A stretch of 28,214 nucleotides of DNA, taken from assembly GCA_013695195.1 (NCBI GenBank), contig JACDAY010000080.1:1-28214 (forward strand), given 5' to 3'. Below the pieces are notes generated by a model, which had not been told where the DNA came from, made no database searches, and saw only the letters and a program-made list of their open reading frames with translations. Source of the stretch: Blastocatellia bacterium (GTDB taxonomy: Bacteria; Acidobacteriota; Blastocatellia; Pyrinomonadales; Pyrinomonadaceae). This document shows, piece by piece, positions 25,320 through 28,214 of the stretch (the first letter of the stretch is position 1; each line of letters begins with the position of its first letter). The position numbers were made by a program, and so were the translations under genes.

Positions 25320-27251
25320 ATGCCCAATGTATTAAAAACAAAGCCTTTAAGAAAGACAGGTATTTATCGCCCGTCTCAAACCCGGCATACGTTTTTCTCC
25401 GCATATATTTGCATTTGCGTCGTAATATTTCTTTCCGCATGTACTGAGCTCGAAAAGCCCAAAGGTGAAGCGTTTTTCGCCGAAACTGCACCTCCCGCAA
25501 AACAGGAGTTCAGATGGAGCAACGGGAAACTGCCCAAAAGTTTCGATCCTGCACGTGCTTCGGCTGCACCGGAAACAGATGTTGTCCGCGCACTTTTCGA
25601 AGGCCTCACAGAAACGGACCCGAAAACTTTGCAGGAAGCTCCCGGTGTTGCTGAAAAATGGTCGTCATCGGACAATTTTCGCACTTGGACGTTTTATCTC
25701 CGCCCTGAGGCCAAATGGTCGAACGGGACGCCGGTAACGGCTCAGGATTTCGTCCGCTCGTGGCAGCGTTTGGCGGAAATGGGTGAAAGAGCGGCGCACA
25801 ACGATCTGCTCAATAACATTGTCGGATTTCCGTTGAAGCAGAGCGATGCACAGAGTTCGTCGGAAGATTCGGAGGATTTTCTGTTGAATTCCATAACAAA
25901 TAAAAGCGTGCCGCTGCTGGATCAGGCGGGCGATACAGATGCCAATTCAAAAGCCGGACGTCCGCAAAAGCGAAATGCAGCAAATTCGAACTCCATTGAG
26001 CCGTTTCACCGGCCTGACACTGCAAATGATGAAAACAAGACAAAGCCCGGCTTTACCGCGGAAAACGAACGTGTTCTGAAAGTTATGCTTAAAAGCCCTG
26101 ACAGGGATTTTCCGAAACTGATTGCGAATCCCATCTTCCGCCCCGTTTACGGCGTCGGCAGGGAATTTGAAACCAGTAAACTTGATAAGGCGGTCGTTAC
26201 AAACGGTGCTTTTCGCCTCGTCGGGATAGGTAAGGAAGGAATTACTCTTGAACGGTCCGAAAACTATTGGAATCGCGAGAATGTGGCTCTTGAACTAGTG
26301 CGATTCGTACCGATGGAGACCGCTGAAGACGCCCTCAAAGCATACCAGGCAGGCGAACTCGATGCGGTAACGAATGCCGAATTCGCACCTTTGGTTGTTA
26401 AGCTTTTGTCGCCTTACGGGGACTTTCGCCGTACTACCCACAGTGCCCTAAATTTTTACGAAGTTAATTCGGACAAACCGCCTTTTTCAGACCGGCGCGT
26501 GCGGCAGGCATTGTCGAATGCTATCGAGCGGGAGCGGTTGACCGAAGGTGAGACGGAAGGATTAACAAGGCCGGCTTTGAGCTTTTTGCCGTTCGGCACT
26601 CGAACTAAACTTAAATTGTCGCAGGACAAGGAAAGGGCCCGTGAACTGCTGGACGAAGCGGGATTTCCGAGCGGCGAGAATTTTCCGGTCATCAAGCTTG
26701 TTGTAAACAGAAACGATACCCAACAGCGTATCGCGCGTTCAGTTGCCCGAATGTGGAAACAAAACCTAAACCTCGAAACTGAAATTTTAGTAAAAGATAA
26801 TGCCGAACTGGAACTGGCAAGGAAAACCGGCGATTTCGACCTCATCCGGCGCGGAGTCGTGCTTCCGACTATCGACGAGACGGCAAGCTTTATGGCGATA
26901 TTTAAATCTCCACACGAACCTGGTGAAGAGCCGGTTGAGGTAATTGATAGAACTCGAAGCGCACCTGACGGTCAAATGGCTGGCCCGCCGGATTCGAACT
27001 CCGCAATGAATGAAATCGAACCGCAAACCACCGGCGAGACGGCTTTTGAAGACAAAAGTAAGAATCTGGTTTTAACGGAAGAGGCGGCAATCCTTGATTT
27101 GCATGCGATCCCTCTGTATTTTCCGACGTCGCATTCGTTGGTGAAGCCTTATGTTTACGGTTTTGAGATGAACAGCCTGGACGCGCTGTCCCTCTCAAAC
27201 GTCTTAATTGACAATAATTGGCAACCGAAAACGGCAAATGGCGAATCGTAA
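25320..27251 (+). CDS. Peptide ABC transporter substrate-binding lipoprotein (family 5, OppA-like), atypical
   Basis: Lipobox FLSAC, LFEGLT, WTFYLRPEAKWSNGTPVTAQDFV.SW.R, NGAFRL, PFSDRRVRQALS.AI.R, A..LLDEAGFP.G, IPLYF. Confidence 0.88.
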   Translation: MPNVLKTKPLRKTGIYRPSQTRHTFFSAYICICVVIFLSACTELEKPKGEAFFAETAPPAKQEFRWSNGKLPKSFDPARASAAPETDVVRALFEGLTETDPKTLQEAPGVAEKWSSSDNFRTWTFYLRPEAKWSNGTPVTAQDFVRSWQRLAEMGERAAHNDLLNNIVGFPLKQSDAQSSSEDSEDFLLNSITNKSVPLLDQAGDTDANSKAGRPQKRNAANSNSIEPFHRPDTANDENKTKPGFTAENERVLKVMLKSPDRDFPKLIANPIFRPVYGVGREFETSKLDKAVVTNGAFRLVGIGKEGITLERSENYWNRENVALELVRFVPMETAEDALKAYQAGELDAVTNAEFAPLVVKLLSPYGDFRRTTHSALNFYEVNSDKPPFSDRRVRQALSNAIERERLTEGETEGLTRPALSFLPFGTRTKLKLSQDKERARELLDEAGFPSGENFPVIKLVVNRNDTQQRIARSVARMWKQNLNLETEILVKDNAELELARKTGDFDLIRRGVVLPTIDETASFMAIFKSPHEPGEEPVEVIDRTRSAPDGQMAGPPDSNSAMNEIEPQTTGETAFEDKSKNLVLTEEAAILDLHAIPLYFPTSHSLVKPYVYGFEMNSLDALSLSNVLIDNNWQPKTANGES

Positions 27252-27340
27252 GTTGGCGCTTGAAAAGCGGCAAAGCCATACTCTCCTGCAGTCCGTTTCC
27301 GGGCTTTTTCAACGCCAGTATTTTAATAGGAGTTCCTATC

Positions 27341-28214
27341 ATGTCAGTAACCTGCTCACGACAAATCCGTGTTGGTATCACAATTATCGCCTTATCTTCA
27401 TTTTTGATCAGCTGCTCAACATCGGCAACCAGCCGTTATTATGGTAGGACAGAAGCGCCGAAGGAAAACGTTCTTCGTTACATATCGGGTTCGGAGCCGG
27501 AATCACTAGATCCGGGAATTCCCACCGGCCAGCCGGAAGCCAGGGTTTTGATGGCGCTCTATGACGGCCTCGTCGAATATCATCCGAAAACGATGGAGCC
27601 GATTCCGGGCATTGCCAAAAGCTGGGAAGTCGGCTCAGGCGGGTCGGAATACATTTTCCACCTGCGAAACGACGCCACATTTTCAAACGGCGACCCGATC
27701 ACGGCGAAAGATTTCGTTTATACGTTTCGCCGCAATTTAAACCCGGAGCTTGCGGCTCTAAATGCTTATCTGTCGTACTATATTAAATATGCAGAGGCTT
27801 ACAATGCAGGAAAACAATTCGTAAAAACCGCAGACGGCACGTTTTTATTAAAGAAGGATTTCGAGGCGCCGAATCCGGATGCGGCACCGGATACAGCAGA
27901 AGAAAAAGATAATTTTGGAGCGGACACGGAAACTCACAGGTTTCTTGACGCTCCTGAAAGGTTGACTGTTCCCGGCACTGAAAAAGAGCGAAATGCTCTT
28001 TTCGAAAAAGACGCAAAACTGAAGGCGGCGGTTGCGGGAAAAGAATTTGTACCGGTCAAGGCGGAAGATCTGGGTGTCGAAGCCATAGACGATCATACTT
28101 TTCGAATCAAATTGATCCAGCCTGCTCCGTTTTTCCTTGGGCTTTTGGGCCATCAATTTTTCCGCGTCATTCACCAGGGAACTATAGAAAAATTTGGGAG
28201 AGACTGGGTAAAAC
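27341..28214 (+). CDS. oppA: Oligopeptide ABC transporter substrate-binding lipoprotein (OppA-like), truncated by window edge
   Basis: AGGAG SD; translated by hand as MSVTCSRQ...FLISC (lipobox)...EPESLDP...LYDGLVEY...PGIAKSWE...FHLRNDATFSNGDPITAKDFVYTFRR...LGVEAIDDHTF. Not in the ORF track. Confidence 0.9.
   Translation, partial: MSVTCSRQIRVGITIIALSSFLISCSTSATSRYYGRTEAPKENVLRYISGSEPESLDPGIPTGQPEARVLMALYDGLVEYHPKTMEPIPGIAKSWEVGSGGSEYIFHLRNDATFSNGDPITAKDFVYTFRRNLNPELAALNAYLSYYIKYAEAYNAGKQFVKTADGTFLLKKDFEAPNPDAAPDTAEEKDNFGADTETHRFLDAPERLTVPGTEKERNALFEKDAKLKAAVAGKEFVPVKAEDLGVEAIDDHTFRIKLIQPAPFFLGLLGHQFFRVIHQGTIEKFGRDWVK

Overview
A ~50% GC bacterial chromosomal window, most likely from Acidobacteriota (Blastocatellia/Pyrinomonadaceae-like; inferred from gene content such as DYDGDG-repeat and TPR-rich secreted proteins). 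It is mostly housekeeping and envelope DNA: a dxr-uma2-rseP-ispG operon, a secreted kelch protein, hisS, a PagL-like barrel, gamma-CA, murJ, dacB, an orphan exported protein, ogg, a TPR/double-retropepsin protein, a PIN toxin with a small downstream ORF, two lytic transglycosylases, an amidohydrolase, a CusF-SCO fusion lipoprotein, an FG-GAP-like repeat protein, folD, a MazG-like gene, coaE and two tandem OppA-like proteins. ispG and the second oppA run off the window edges, so they are missing from the ORF track. I see no rRNA, tRNA, CRISPR, transposase or phage genes. The most unusual signal is a set of several distinct short palindromic or short-period repeat families at gene junctions. One of them, a 79-nt element of 5 heptamers + 9 nt + 5 inverted heptamers, lies inside hisS and is translated in frame. 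No complete novel multi-gene system can be demonstrated from this sequence alone.
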